DNA of 64,000 nucleotides from Ptychomitrium polyphyllum. Its lineage: Eukaryota. Position 1 is the first letter of the stretch. Each line of letters opens with the position of its first letter. This document shows positions 12,271-25,725 of this stretch, piece after piece. The stretch is from the NCBI GenBank assembly GCA_973851085.1, contig OZ316776.1, positions 4,836,001 through 4,900,000 on the forward strand, given 5' to 3'. Under the pieces are notes generated by a model, which did not search any database, was not told the DNA's origin, and worked only from the letters and a program-made list of their open reading frames with translations. The translations under genes and the position numbers were made by a program.

Positions 12271-14166
12271 ATAGTTTATAAAATTTCTTGTAGTTTAAGT
12301 TGGATTTTTTATATTTTATTTTCCTCTCACCTTTGTCTCTGACTCATCTATTCAGTGACCAAGTTTTGATTTCCAAATGTGGATGTTGGGAACACCCAAC
12401 CTGTATAAATTAAATTATATAGCTACTTTTTATAATTTTCAAAGTTGTACGTTTTTGTAATGCATCTTTTCACAATCTTAAAGCTATATAAGGGCACAAA
12501 TGTTTCATTTACTCTTCTTTTCATTTAGAAGAAATGAAAGAGAAGGTAGAGAATAAATGATGAAGGAAGAGAGCTATGGAATCAAAAGAGGTATAGAGGA
12601 GGCCTAGAAGAATCAATTTAGAGGAAGGGCATGGAGATAATTTGATGGAGGGATTGAAAGAGAAATAGATTTGAAAGGAGAAGAAAACAAGGAAGTGTTG
12701 AAACGGAAGAAAAAAGAATGAGAGGGATGGGGTGGTGGAAAGAAAGGAGAGAAAGATAAAATTAAGTATTTTTTTTTAAGACTACTTTTTCTCCTCTCTT
12801 CATTCTCATTGTTACTTTCTTATTTCTCATTTGTCATCATTTAAAGTTAATTATCCTTTCTACTCTAAATTCTTAGAAATTATATATTCCAAATTTATGT
12901 TTGTTTGCATTTCTAAATTTTGATGCTTTTACGTTTCAAATTTCCAAATTCCATATAAATTTGCATTTCAAATTTATACTTTTTGATATTCATTAAAATA
13001 CTTAGGTTTAAGTTTTGTTTTATTTGTTTTAAAGATAGGTAAGCTGCTGGTGTGGAATGGGTTGCAACAATACGAACCGTGTCACCGTGTAGTAGGAGTT
13101 AAACGCTCCCTTGGCGCTGCGTTGTCATCAACATGTTTGTGAGCTTATATTCTTCCAGTTAAAGCACCATTAAGCTAGCTCAACAGTCGGCATGCACGAA
13201 CCTCCTACCGCATCGAAAATGAGCATGTTCATTTCACACTTCATTTTGTGCATAGTATTAAAGGTTGCTGTTGTTGAAAGAGAGGAACTGAGAAGTCGAT
13301 GCTACAGTCAACTTCTCTGTTCCATTCGCAAACAAATCAACGACACTAAATCAGATATTTATAATATGCTGTTACAGTATACAGTCTTGGAAATCCGGTG
13401 ATAAATATCATTCTAGAAGAGTATTGAAGTCTGAAAGCAAAGGTAATGACCAACACAGTCATTCAGTTGAAGCTATAACCCAGCTGGCCGTGACTAAATT
13501 AATCTTCAGTACTTATTTGCGCAGTACTCTCTTACAATGAGAGATGATTTGTCTCAGTTTATTGAATATTGAAAATACATCTCTTGTTGGTTCGCCAAGC
13601 TCTACTCTAAAAAACAAACGTGGACTGGCCAGTACCACCTAGTCCTGGTCCAATACCAACATATACACAACCTTTGTTCTTCAATAGCTCTACCATTGGT
13701 CCGTGACTCCATCCTGAAACTTGAACTCATTATTCTGGACACCTATATCCTTATCCAGACTTATAAGTTGATTGCTTGCTGGTAAGTAAAATTTTGACAT
13801 GACACTGTTTAGAGCTATTGGGTTGATGATCTACAATCTGAGATGAGACACAGGGCATGACTTGGAGGAGAAGAAGCCTGACCCACGGAGTGTCTCATGT
13901 CAGATTGCATCTTGGTCACAAACCGTACTGTCACATATTGATCACGGATTGCTAAACCAAGATCATAATATAATACGCTGGAACTAAACGTCCAACCCCA
14001 AAGCCAATCCTCACGACTAAGAAGATCTAACTCGGGGTCGTGGTAATTTTAAATCGCTTGCTTCGCTCAATTCACACCTAAAATAACCATCAATTAAAGT
14101 GTTTGACCTAGAATCTCTCTCTAAATGCGGCAAGTGCTGCTCCTAATCACTTATCCGCGGTGTAAA

Positions 14167-17100
14167 TCATTTCCACGCATCTGCACTCTGCCAACATTAC
14201 TGGATTCAGAAATGCATGCATGCAGATCAAGGTCGTAATTATATTTCCATCCAAACTTAAACCGAAACTACAAAGAATCTGATTGTTAACGAATTCGTTT
14301 TCAAATTGATTGAAAATACGGTAGTTGTAGAGTGCAAATCACAATACTACCTGGTTGAAGAACCCAGTGGGATACTGGGAACTGGTGTAAGCCTGAGCAT
14401 GATGATGAGCCTGGTGCCAATTGGAGGCACTGGTGTTGCCATTCGCTTGTTCAGATTGGTTCGTGAAAGTTTCTGCAGTTCCTTCTGCAGCTGCTCCACT
14501 GCTGCTGGACGATGCGCCAAAGCCCATATTCTTCACTTCCAGCTTAGCCTTCTTTTGTTCATCATACTGCCTCACTCCAGGCTGCTCCAATGCCATATCG
14601 TGTATTGACAACCCTCGGTTTGCACCCACGAGCTGCCCGATCTGCCCCAGGTTATGGAGATTGGACTGCGGAGCTGAACCTGGGAAGTTGAACCCAGATG
14701 GACTTGCTTCACTCTGGTTTACCACTTCCCTGCAGGTGGAGTAACCAAAATCGATTAATTATGAGTGTCTAACATTGAAGATCATTTATTATGCAATCTT
14801 CAGCGTAAAATGCATGGTCACAAGGTACATAGCATAGCATACTATGGGTACCTGGGTCAGACCCCAGCTACGTTGGTAGATTTCGGCACACGGTAAGTAG
14901 GGTACGTACCGTACCTTGTGACAATGTTTGAATAAACTAAAATCATTACGCGACAGTGTGTACATACATACCTACTCATCTGTGCAGGTACGATTGCCTG
15001 ACTGTTGTTTGTTTGCTGTTCCATGAAATCCTGCAGCGTTGCTTCGCCCCGCTCAGGTGCCATATTCCATTGCAAGAACGGCGTTTGTGCAGCTCCTGCG
15101 ATGCCTCCCTGGTGCTGATGTTGTTGTTGCTGCTGCTGGCGTAATGCCATCATCTGTGTAAGATTAACAGTATATTATGAACAGATCTCTACTAAAGTAT
15201 GTTACTTGGCAGGATAACTAGTCGATTCGACATATGCCAAGAATAAAACGTGTATTAATAAGACATACTTCAGAACGCCAACTAAGCCTGTCTATCTAAA
15301 CTGACCTACATAATAGTGTGGGTTGTATAATATCAAATTATACCTGTTGGTAACTGTTGCCCAGAAATTCATGTTGCTGCCTTTGCATTGCGCTAGCGGC
15401 CTGATACGCACTGCTCACATAATTCTGCATCAAACACGAAGTTAGTGCTCAAACGAATCAGTCTCTCTTCACCCCGGGTTCAACATTTCTGACATGAAAA
15501 ATTAATGCAGTGAATGGGAAATTAAATTTTAAAATTGTGGTAAGATCAAGAAGAAATGTTCTACCTTTCTCGCACGCACTCGCTCGAGGGCCTGCTCCAA
15601 CTCTGTTTCCATGTTTGCAAGCTGCTGGACGGAAGTAACGCTCTGTAGAAGCTGCTCATCCGCCAGATACAACCTCGCTCGTTGTTGCACTAACTCTTTC
15701 TCCTGCTGAGATTTCTTTAACTCCTCTTGTAATAACTGAATATCACAGATAAGCACCAACACCAGGTTCCATGTCAGACTAACTACGTAAATTGGCTTGT
15801 ACTGTCAAAATGATTAGAATTTTATAGAATGTTCCACGGCTATCTCTGGTATAAAAAAGCAGTGGATGAGCGCTAACTGTAACGTGCTCGGTAGTTCTCA
15901 ACTAAATTAAGACAAAAACATGGTAGAGCAATAGATTTACTAGAACAAAATGAGCTGGACCAATGTTAATTTAGACGCACCCCAACTTCGTAACTTTTGC
16001 TGTTGTCGTCCAAGTGCAGAGAAACACATGCAACAAAACCCTAGTTTGGTTAGCAAAGAAAATGATGTTATGCCACAAAACCTGATCTAATGTGTATCAA
16101 GAGATACCTTGACAAATTCAGAATATAGAAGTATCAAGAACATCAGGCTGCATTAATTTTGGACAAGCTCGCTGACCTTCCCGTGAGGAGCTGATGATTG
16201 GATGCGAGATCCTTTTCTCCATTTAATTTCTTCAGTGCCTTATGTAAATACTGTATTCGCAACACCACCGGGCTTTGTCATTCCTAAACCCTATCAATGA
16301 CTACTAAACCCTACAAATCAAACCTCGCACTGGACGCCGATGCCTTGTCTTTGCGTTCTCTTGAAAGACATTCACAACATTTCCGCAAACAAATACATTG
16401 CAGAGATTGTGAGTTCGAAGTAAACTAACCTCCAAATTTTCGATTTTTCTGATATGGCGTCCGAGAATGTACATGAACGATGACGCACACCCAAATAGAT
16501 TAATCATGAGAGTACCTTGAAATCAAAACCATAGAATAGTTTGACTAAACGAGGCGAATAGTAAGGAAGACGAGGCTCAGTCGATGTCACGAGTGAGGGA
16601 AGAATGCACACCTAGTGTACTTGGTGCGATCATGATGCATATGAAAATTGGCGAAACGCGTTAGCATATCCTCAAAACTGGTCATTCACACAAAGAAACA
16701 ATTTTTCTTTAAACTGTTCATTCTATAATCCTACAATTCTTCTACGGTTGAAAGTCGTGAAACGATACATCAAGTAACAAAAAGCCAAACTACAACAAAC
16801 GAACATAAAAAAAAGACAACCTACAACGTATTCTCACCTTTTGTTTCGCTCATGCATTGGCAGGTTGGCAAACCGAGTGATCACGTCTTCAATACTGCTC
16901 AGAGCACTCAATAGACGACGCAACATTAAAACACAATTCCACAGCAAACACACGGAACATGGAACAAGTACTCCATTGCAGGATCGGCAGATTGATTCTT
17001 TTAGCCAGAATGATTTAGGTTATACATTAGAGATCTAAGCGTTCAGATTAGCTCCTGTGTCAGGTCGCGTTCAGTTGCACCATCTAAAGTGCCCCCGCAA

Positions 17101-17417
17101 CTCTAGTTTGCTGAAATTGAGCAACCTTTAGGTTAAGGTATATGAAATACCCAAATTTATGCACACTACTTCCGACTGGAATTGTAACGCTAGTGTTCGC
17201 TATTCTAGACTTATGCGGATCGAGATTCAACACACCTGCAATTACTGTATTGCGTGAGCTTTCCGGACGGAGAGAAAACGATAAGCGCGAGGTCGATATC
17301 ACACAGGACCGACAACTCATACGCCTTCTTGATGAGGCCATTTCGTCTCTTGGAGTACGTCACCTGCCTGTTGGTTGGATTCTCTATCTTCTTTATCTCC
17401 AACTTAACCCTCCCCAT
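14167..17417 (-). CDS. MIKC*-type MADS-box transcription factor; 11 exons, about 416 aa
   Basis: Exons 17417-17236 ([54 protein letters not shown]), 16894-16838, 16677-16612, 16448-16430, 16250-16177, 15999-15981, 15735-15565 (K-box heptads, [13 protein letters not shown]...[19 protein letters not shown]), 15424-15344, 15153-14972 (polyQ), 14729-14351, 14187-14167 (SADAWK*). All introns are GT-AG and the total is 1251 nt. A multi-exon I region is diagnostic of MIKC*. Confidence 0.93.
16036..16313. promoter_or_regulatory. Three telo-boxes (AAACCCTA) in MADS gene introns
   Basis: AAACCCTA at 16036-16043, CTAAACCCTA at 16284-16293 and at 16304-16313. Function is inferred only. Confidence 0.4.
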
Positions 17418-17852
17418 TTCGTCTGCCTTTAGATCCAAATCCGCAGCAGCTGAAAAACCAATCACTCACGCAACAACTGGAGTACTCACAGATTGACTGT
17501 ACCACCCACTAATGAAACTCCTGTATTGTCTCGTGAACGCTGCAAGTTGGTGCAGTGTAGGACTGTATGCAGCTCAACAGACTAGGCACTGCCCAACTAG
17601 TCTGCTCTCCTGGACCTCTCATGCTTCCCAGACTAGTCCTAATCTGTAAAATCCTGGAACCCAGAAAACCTCCAAAAACGAACGAGACTAGAGGGTGTGT
17701 GTCCAGATCACCAACGGCGTACACCTGATCAGTGAGTATGGATGACGGTGCCACTCAAGATACAAAACGAGAACTGGAAGCGAAAAGGAAAGAGACAAGG
17801 CAGCGGAGCCTTTCGCTTTAGTGAGCGTAGAGGATGAGCGGGCTAGCTGGCT

Positions 17853-17877
17853 TGGCTGGCTGGCTGGCTGGCTGGCT
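17853..17877. repeat. (TGGC)n microsatellite upstream of the MADS gene
   Basis: tggctggctggctggctggctggct, about six units, in the GC-rich 5' region. Confidence 0.8.
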
Positions 17878-20800
17878 TACGAGGCTGGCTAGCGGCGAGG
17901 CATGAGCTTCCTTGCAAGCTTGGAGCACTGCAAGGGATCGCCAATGGTGCGGGGCCCTCCGTCCGAGTGAGTCCAGGCGAACCCACCAGCCTGGCTGCGC
18001 AGCCTCCTCCCTCGCGCTCCCTGCTACCTCGGCCCTGGCCCCACCCCGCAACGCCGGCCGCGCCAAGCGCCCGCTCCCACAGTTGTAACCTTTCGTCGCC
18101 CCAACCCTTTGACCCCCGCCTTTGCAGCTTACCCCACCGCATTCACCCCAGCCTTCGGATGTCCTCTGCCACCATTGACCCCTGAGGTCCCAGTGTGCCG
18201 CAGGACTGGACGACCTGAGCCCGACCATTTCCGCAGTTCTACTTCCCAGGCATATCTTCTGAGTTGGTGCACAGACGGAAGTTGTCGATTTTAACTTTAA
18301 TATTCTATCCATGCAGTTTGATTCATCCCTGTTATCACCAGTAACTTATTATAAAATTTGAAACTCTAAACTTAAAATTCTTTCCAAATTTGATTGTGAA
18401 CAAAATTTTGACATTGTTTGGAGAGGATTTGTTTGGAATGGGTTTCAAGAGATGTTTACTATGTGGTGATTTTTGTTGCTTGAATTTATGACTTTGTCTT
18501 TGGAAGGTCACTTTCGAACTAAAGACAATGCAAATTTGAATTGGTCAATTCTTCATGTACTTCTAAATTTGTGACTTCAGTGAAGTGCATATTTCAGTAT
18601 ATCAAATCTAACCTTTGGATAAGATGATTACTTGATGAACTATATTAAAAGAAAATTGTGAGGTGAAAGATTGATGAAGAAGAAGATATGGAAGGTTAGA
18701 AATTGCCACCAATAAAAAATGGATTGGAAGTGCACTAAAAGGTTAACTGATTCCATTGGAGTTCACGTGACTCCAACATTCTTTAGGTAGATGACGCTGT
18801 ACTACTTCTACAATGAAATATGTTGACCACATACTTTGATTGTGGACAGTAATTGGCAGGTACTCTTGATCATACTGCAGGTCATCCAGCTAAAGAATGT
18901 TATATTCTACTGTGCCAATCCCTTTGGGCTTTGAATTCAATACCGAATTCAATATGTGTAAGTGGTAGTAAATTTTCCTCCCCTGAGGAAAAGGGTGTGA
19001 GCTAGGATCCATGGGTCTCATATGAGCTGATAAATAGGTGAATGCATGCGGCACTTTTCCCAACTTTCATGGTGCCCAAGGCGGAGCTCAATTTGGTAAA
19101 TTGGTTGATTTCGGATTATGTTTTCGAGAGAACAAAAGGATTGGGCAGCAGCGGAAAAGCTAATATAGGAGCGGATCATCGAAGTACCTGATGAACGCAG
19201 CTCAACAATATCTACTAAAACCATCCTGATGTAAGGCCCACCACTCCTGAGTGTTATTTTTGTTTTTAAAAAACACTTCCAGGTCACACACTCTGTAACT
19301 CTGTTTTATTCATATGAGGTAAAATGGGCTTAAAGCTTCATTGCTTTATTGAAATCGAACTAGTGCATTATGGAGGAAACGTGTGCATAATAATCTACCT
19401 TAGCACCACCACCGTCTGCGACCTCGTCGAAATTTACATAAACTACTCTATCAGGAAAAGACAATCGAGGTTAACTCATGATAATCGAAACTTGGAATAT
19501 GCAGTGAACATTCAATTCTATGTCACGAACTGGAGAGTAGTACATGTACTTGCATGATCCAACCATAGTGCCCTATACTTTTCAAACTTTGCAGCAATTT
19601 GAAGGTGAGCATTAATGGCCCAGAATCTTCCCGTGCGCACTAGTATACTCTCCCTGTGGACAGTACACAGTTATCAGTTCCACAGTGTGAATCCAAGGTA
19701 GATCCGACGTCCGAGCTATTCGTCTCCAGAAGAGTATGTGGGCTAGTCTAGCACTCAACGCTAAGATACATTTGCAGCCGTGATGGGCCCACTAGTGTCG
19801 CCCTTGCATAGCCAGTTCCAGACTTCCGGTTGACAATCGTGAAAACAAAGGCATTGCCGTCAGCAAGTTACAGTGTGCCGACCGGTTGCAGGGCCTCCCA
19901 GTGCACGTGCAAGTGGTGCAGCTACAGTTCACGATCTGAAATCTGAAGGTCGTCATAGATCTCACTCTTTCGCCTGCAACCTTCGAGAACCATGGTCCAC
20001 GATCTGCGGTTTGCAACAATATTTATGAGCACAGTGTGCTCGAGCCTCTAGCATGGGTTTCTAGTGTCGCTCACCTTCTACGAATGGTCCAAGGGCCGCC
20101 GATGGTGATTCCTATAGTACACCGATTATTGCCATCGCTGTGAGAGATACTAATACACTCTTACTGTGAGAGTACATCAATCCTCAAACTGATTTGGATA
20201 GAGAATTTTTAAACTGGTGTCAGCATGTAATCACTTTCTGATTGTATGGTTGCATTTTGATGATACTATATTACTGAAATGCTGACAATTAGCTACCAAC
20301 TTCCAAAAATGTTATCATAAAATGTTTTTTAATACTTGTATCCACACTAATTTAGATATTGGAATACTAGTGAGGACCACACTAACCTTTTCTACCACAG
20401 TTACTGAGAATTTTTTATCCATCATTGCGTTCACTTTGTTCCGATACCAAAAACTATCATAAGATCACTTAGTTACTGTGACTTACAGTAATGGTAGTAA
20501 GTTAATAACTGAGATTTGCAAGAAGTTCGATTTTTAACCAATGCGCTTGGGTTTTGAGCCACCTTATGAAAGAGTTTTTGATGAATATAATTTACATTAG
20601 AACATGGTATTTTAGATAACCAAGTAGATGTAAAGATGACCTTATCCAACTTTGCTAGAAACCTACACCATATATATGATTTTGAAATAAGAAATGAAAG
20701 TTAATTGTTTTATTAAATGCATTTTATGTAAATTAAAATTTTTAATCAATAGAAATTCATTTTTTATAGACCTTTTTTATAGAAGAATAAATACCTCGAA

Positions 20801-23158
20801 ATTATTAATAATATTATATCACTAACCTTATTCCAATTAATTAGAAAGCTAATTAGTATCATTTAGAGAAAGTATTTAAAAAAAATGTTGGCAACAATTC
20901 ATATGTCCAAATGGTTAACAATCTAAACAAAAATCATTTATATTTTATAAACCAAAAGGAATCTTAAACCAAAGTCTCTTGAATTAAAGAGCTTTTCAAA
21001 TCTTTACTACATTTTGGATCCATACAAGATATCAAAAAAAAAAAAAGTACTCTTCATTTGGAATTTAATTTGATTATTTTATTGAAAACATATATAAACT
21101 AATGGACATGTTATTGCTTAAAGTTTTAACTATAAGAAATGTAAAAAGATAACATTTGGCATCTTTAGAAGTCAATAGGAATTAAATAGGTTTCAAATAA
21201 AGATATTGTAAGTGTAGATGTCTATATTATACAGCCATGTCTTTTCTACCAACTTATCATTTAAAAACAATGCAATGGTATTATTTAAACACGCAGGTTC
21301 TCATAGTTAACAATCATATAGGCTTATTTGTGTAATTTATATGAATCTATGAAATCCAAAGAACTAAATTTATTCATATGAATACAAACATTTAGAAAAT
21401 AATTCAATAATGCTAAATGATCTTATAGAATTAATGTTGGCCATTGAGTATAGAAAACATTGGAAGATTTAAATTAAGTATATAAAAGCTTGTGCACGAT
21501 GATTTATTTTTAGTATAATACAAAATGAATCCAAATTAAGATTCTTCAAATGATTATAGTTTAAGTAGCTATGTTGAATATATAAATAATATTACAAAAC
21601 TCTAACATGCACATTATATCTTTGATATCAAAGTAATAATAGAAATCACATAATAAGTAGGCCTAATGTTTATTAACAATAATTGTTTGAGTGATTTATA
21701 AGAAGAAATCAAATGTTCTACATGTTGATTCAAACTATCCAATGTTAGTATTGAAACACAAAATCTTTAAAATAATTAAAAACATTAAAATATGCTTGTA
21801 AAGATGAAACATCCATTCATTGAAAACGAATGACATCTCTTACAACCAATGTCAGGTGTTAGAAAATCTATTTTATATCATCTATAATAACTAAAATTTT
21901 AAATACTAGAATAGAAAAAAAGGCAATAAAAGACACTCCAATAAGGCACCTATAATTCCAACAAACAATCTAAAATCGACCGTGAAGCCCAAGGAGTACA
22001 TAGGATACACGTCACCTCTTTTTATACCATGATCAGCAAAATCACTGACATGATCAAATTGTAAACTGAAGGCTTGTCTAACTGATACTACCAATATAAT
22101 AACAGATTACTGCAGCGGGCCCGAAATGGTTGTTTCTATAGAATTTTAAGTTTCATCCCATATTTAGTATTATTTTCATGTTTCTGGTTTTCATTCTATG
22201 AAGTCATAAAGCTACCCCTTTTACTTAGGGGTTAATTGTGGAAGTGTAACATCTTTGTTTATTCAGAAAAATAGGTGTATCACACCACTCTATATTGAGT
22301 ATCAAATTCTACTCTTTGGTTCCAACGTGATTTTAATGAATTTTAAACGAACAAATTCATGGAGACACCCCATCACAATGGAATTATAGCTTCTGGGCAT
22401 CACTGTCATTAGCAGTGATACCCAATGTTGACATTCCTTACACCAACCGGCGGACTGTATTGCAGTATATTACGTCATAATTCCTGCTGATTTCATCTGC
22501 TGCTCCTAAAAGCAAAATTTGAGAAGAAACTACAGTGTCAAAAGCAGGGAGTAACAAAACAGAAAGAACAGGAATGACTACCTAAGACGATGCGATCCAA
22601 AGCAAGATGTAACAAATCCCGGATCTTGCCCAAATGGCTGAGTTAATCGAATCCTACAAACATGCAAATCACTGTTCTTGTAGTAAACGCTTTTAAGATA
22701 CGTAAAGTGGACTAGGCAACTCCATGCATTTTTACCCCTTGGTTTTAAAGAGATGTAATGCCCGTAAAATACATGGGACTTCTTGAGAAGTCTTCACCTA
22801 CAGCACACAAAAGACCATAATTTGAAGAAAAATGATACGAACTTCTGCAGACTAACCTAAGAAGGTTACACCCGGAGAAATTATAACCATGAAAGTCCAA
22901 GAGCGAACATGCATATATGGACATAAAAATCAGGCATGATAAACCTAATTCTAAAAATTCAACAACCTTGGTCTTTAAGTGGCAAAGAATGCTAAACTTT
23001 GACACACTCGGCAGAACTACTAACACCTCTAACGCTACATCTGAGTAGAGTTCTCCAACTACCTAAAAAGTAAAGTCTACTCTGAAAAACGGTGTCCGAA
23101 TAAATAAAACGACCCAGGGAACTTAAGAATAAATACCAAAGAAGATGTTCGAATTTTC

Positions 23159-25135
23159 TTACAAGCCCACCCAATATGAGCGACCATTAGCATTATGCAC
23201 GGGTGAAACATCTGGAGAAGTGACTGCCCATTCATACCAGACTTTGCTGGGTCCTACACAACGCCAAAAATGTAGTTCTAAAGCTGATCCTGCGGGTACA
23301 TAAACAGGCCTGCGAAGGGGGAAAAATATGGCAAACCAACTAAACATGTTGGGAGTAGCGGTAGATGGCTCAATCCCAAGGTGTACATCTTTATACAACA
23401 CGGCATCAAAGTAACCCCCGAATCCATGCACCAGAGCACTGCCTGTGTCTTCAGGCAGCTCAAACAACAGCTTTTTGTATCGCCGGTTATCCATCTTGCC
23501 TCCAGTAAACTTAGGATGTTCGAATGTGAAAACTTCCTGCGGCGGTGCCAACCTTGACACGCTGTGCAGCTTCACGACATATGCCGTCTCAAAGTGAGCC
23601 AGATCATTATACGATTTCACGTCGTTGTACAACTTGGACGCAGTAATAGGGCCAATGTAGCTGGTGTAAGAGGATGGTATGGAAACACCATCTGGTTTCA
23701 AAAACCTCTGAGCTCCATCGAGACATTCTGGAGAGAGCTCGTTGTCTCCGAACGATCCTAGCAGCTCACTCACAAGTATGTCAGCCTGCTCCGGAGCATT
23801 CCATTCCCGCATGTCACAGGATACTACTGTCACTAGATCTTCCCAACCCTCCAGCTTGATCAAGCTATGAAGCGTAACCACCGCATTCGGGTTCTTCTCT
23901 ACTGCATATACTCTCAACCGCCGCCCAGCCTGTTCAGCAGCTTGCAAAGATGCCCGCACCAATGGGCCCCGTCCAGCACCCACAACCATGAGTACAATCG
24001 TCGTTTCATCATCAGGGACACGATCCATCAGTGCAGCATACACAGCCTTCTGGTATTGACTGTATTTCGTTGAGTCCTTCTCAAAAGTCTCGTATGTTTG
24101 AGCCTCCAGATTGTCCATCAGAGGTTGCAATGGCGCTTGCAAAAAATCACGATACCCTATTTCAAACCTTTCTTGCTCTGTAGGCGGGTCCATGCGCCGA
24201 TACAAGTATGCGATGTACTCCAGATAAGGTCTCAAGGGATGCTTCGAAAAGATTCCATCGTCGGATCCATTAGCACTGCTTTCGCTGCTCACTGTAGTAG
24301 GGTCTAGGCCATCCACCTGGTGCATCGACTCTCCCGACACAATAACTTGAACGTTATGGCTAAAGAGGCTAGTGATGAAATTCTGATGCCTCTTGGACAG
24401 GCAAGGGTAGCCCCGTTTATTGGTCAAGAAAGCACTTGTGTGAACTATGGCAGCTCGCAGAGGCTCCCCTGTCCATCGCTTCAAGGACCCCGGAGAAGGC
24501 AACGACCCGGTAATGTCCAACGCCACGGAAAGCTGGCTATGGTGCTCACACAGCGACCGAAACATATTCCACCATTCCCAAGAATCGTTAAGCAGCTTAC
24601 CAGACACCGGGTCTCGCTTTAAAAAAGCAGCATCCTCCTCCGACGTGCCTTCCGCAGCTTGGAGTTCGGGCGATATGAGGGGAATGCGCAACCACAGCTG
24701 CAAGTTGCTGAGCCCCTGCAGCATCTGGTTTACGCATCGTGCGTAATTCGCACACTCCAGCGGCCGCGGCGTCGGCAACAAGCACGCCTGCAGGGAAAGA
24801 TGCGTCGCCCAGCTGAGCTCCTGCTTCAATGTCATCTCTGCATCCTGGCGCGCCAACGCATCCGGCGAGTCCAGATCAATCCAAGCACTCATCTTGCCCA
24901 CTACGTGACTGCTCCATTGCGACGGGCTCAGCACCAAATCCGACCCTGCAAACGGCGGCGGCCCCGCCTTCCCCTTGCTGGGCCTGTACTCCGGATCCGT
25001 CAAGGGCGCTACAATGAAATCGAATTGCCCCCCTAACGCAAACGCCAACGCATTCTGGATGTCGTCGCTAAACCCTACCTCTGCCCCACAGTAGCGCGCC
25101 TCACTACTGTCCCCTGCCCTCTGCGACAGCGGCAT
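23159..25135 (-). CDS. PRMT5: Protein arginine N-methyltransferase 5 (type II PRMT, SKB1); single coding exon, 658 aa
   Basis: Uninterrupted ORF from ATG 25135 (MPLSQRAGD). N-terminal TIM-barrel region ([17 protein letters not shown]), [20 protein letters not shown] containing the type II Phe, motif [17 protein letters not shown], double-E loop [23 protein letters not shown] motif, and C-terminal VWYEW...[12 protein letters not shown]. Confidence 0.96.
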   Translation of the reverse strand: MPLSQRAGDSSEARYCGAEVGFSDDIQNALAFALGGQFDFIVAPLTDPEYRPSKGKAGPPPFAGSDLVLSPSQWSSHVVGKMSAWIDLDSPDALARQDAEMTLKQELSWATHLSLQACLLPTPRPLECANYARCVNQMLQGLSNLQLWLRIPLISPELQAAEGTSEEDAAFLKRDPVSGKLLNDSWEWWNMFRSLCEHHSQLSVALDITGSLPSPGSLKRWTGEPLRAAIVHTSAFLTNKRGYPCLSKRHQNFITSLFSHNVQVIVSGESMHQVDGLDPTTVSSESSANGSDDGIFSKHPLRPYLEYIAYLYRRMDPPTEQERFEIGYRDFLQAPLQPLMDNLEAQTYETFEKDSTKYSQYQKAVYAALMDRVPDDETTIVLMVVGAGRGPLVRASLQAAEQAGRRLRVYAVEKNPNAVVTLHSLIKLEGWEDLVTVVSCDMREWNAPEQADILVSELLGSFGDNELSPECLDGAQRFLKPDGVSIPSSYTSYIGPITASKLYNDVKSYNDLAHFETAYVVKLHSVSRLAPPQEVFTFEHPKFTGGKMDNRRYKKLLFELPEDTGSALVHGFGGYFDAVLYKDVHLGIEPSTATPNMFSWFAIFFPLRRPVYVPAGSALELHFWRCVGPSKVWYEWAVTSPDVSPVHNANGRSYWVGL

Positions 25136-25698
25136 CTCCACGACCCTGGCTTCTCCTCCTCGAACCCCTCACCAAAACAAACTCCCCTCTCCAACCTCCA
25201 GCACCAACACCACCTTCCACTTCCTCAAAAACCTCACTTCAGACTCGAGTCCTCCGTACTAAGAGCAGGCCTCTAGAAAACTCACGCCTCTGTACCCTAA
25301 AGGTCCCGAAACAGCTCAAACAACGCCTCCTGACCTCTTGCTAGGATGCTACGATGCAACCCAAACGATGCAACCCAGCATCGAGATGGAGGCTGGGCTG
25401 GCTTTCAAGACATCCGATGAGCTTGTGAGAGCTGCGTCGAAGGGGAAAGTTTTAGGGCTCAAGGGTTAATACCCAAAAGCACCACTGCACTTAAATCTGA
25501 CATCAATTACGAAAATTGGAGATTTCAAAGAATCAAATGTCTACTCTCGATAATTAGTGCCAGCTTTCCCTACAGTAACAATGTTTGATGTTGCACCCCA
25601 CAAGGGCCCACGAGCACTAAAGTGCCGATCGTGAGGAAGCTGAGGTGATTCTAAGACGTCGATACAATCTGTAACAATCCAAGGGTTTGAATATACAA

Positions 25699-25725
25699 GC
25701 CACGTGGAGAAAATACCAACGTGGC
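25699..25725. promoter_or_regulatory. Paired G-box/ABRE motifs about 560 bp upstream of PRMT5
   Basis: GCCACGTGG at 25699-25707 and ACGTGGC at 25719-25725. Confidence 0.3.
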
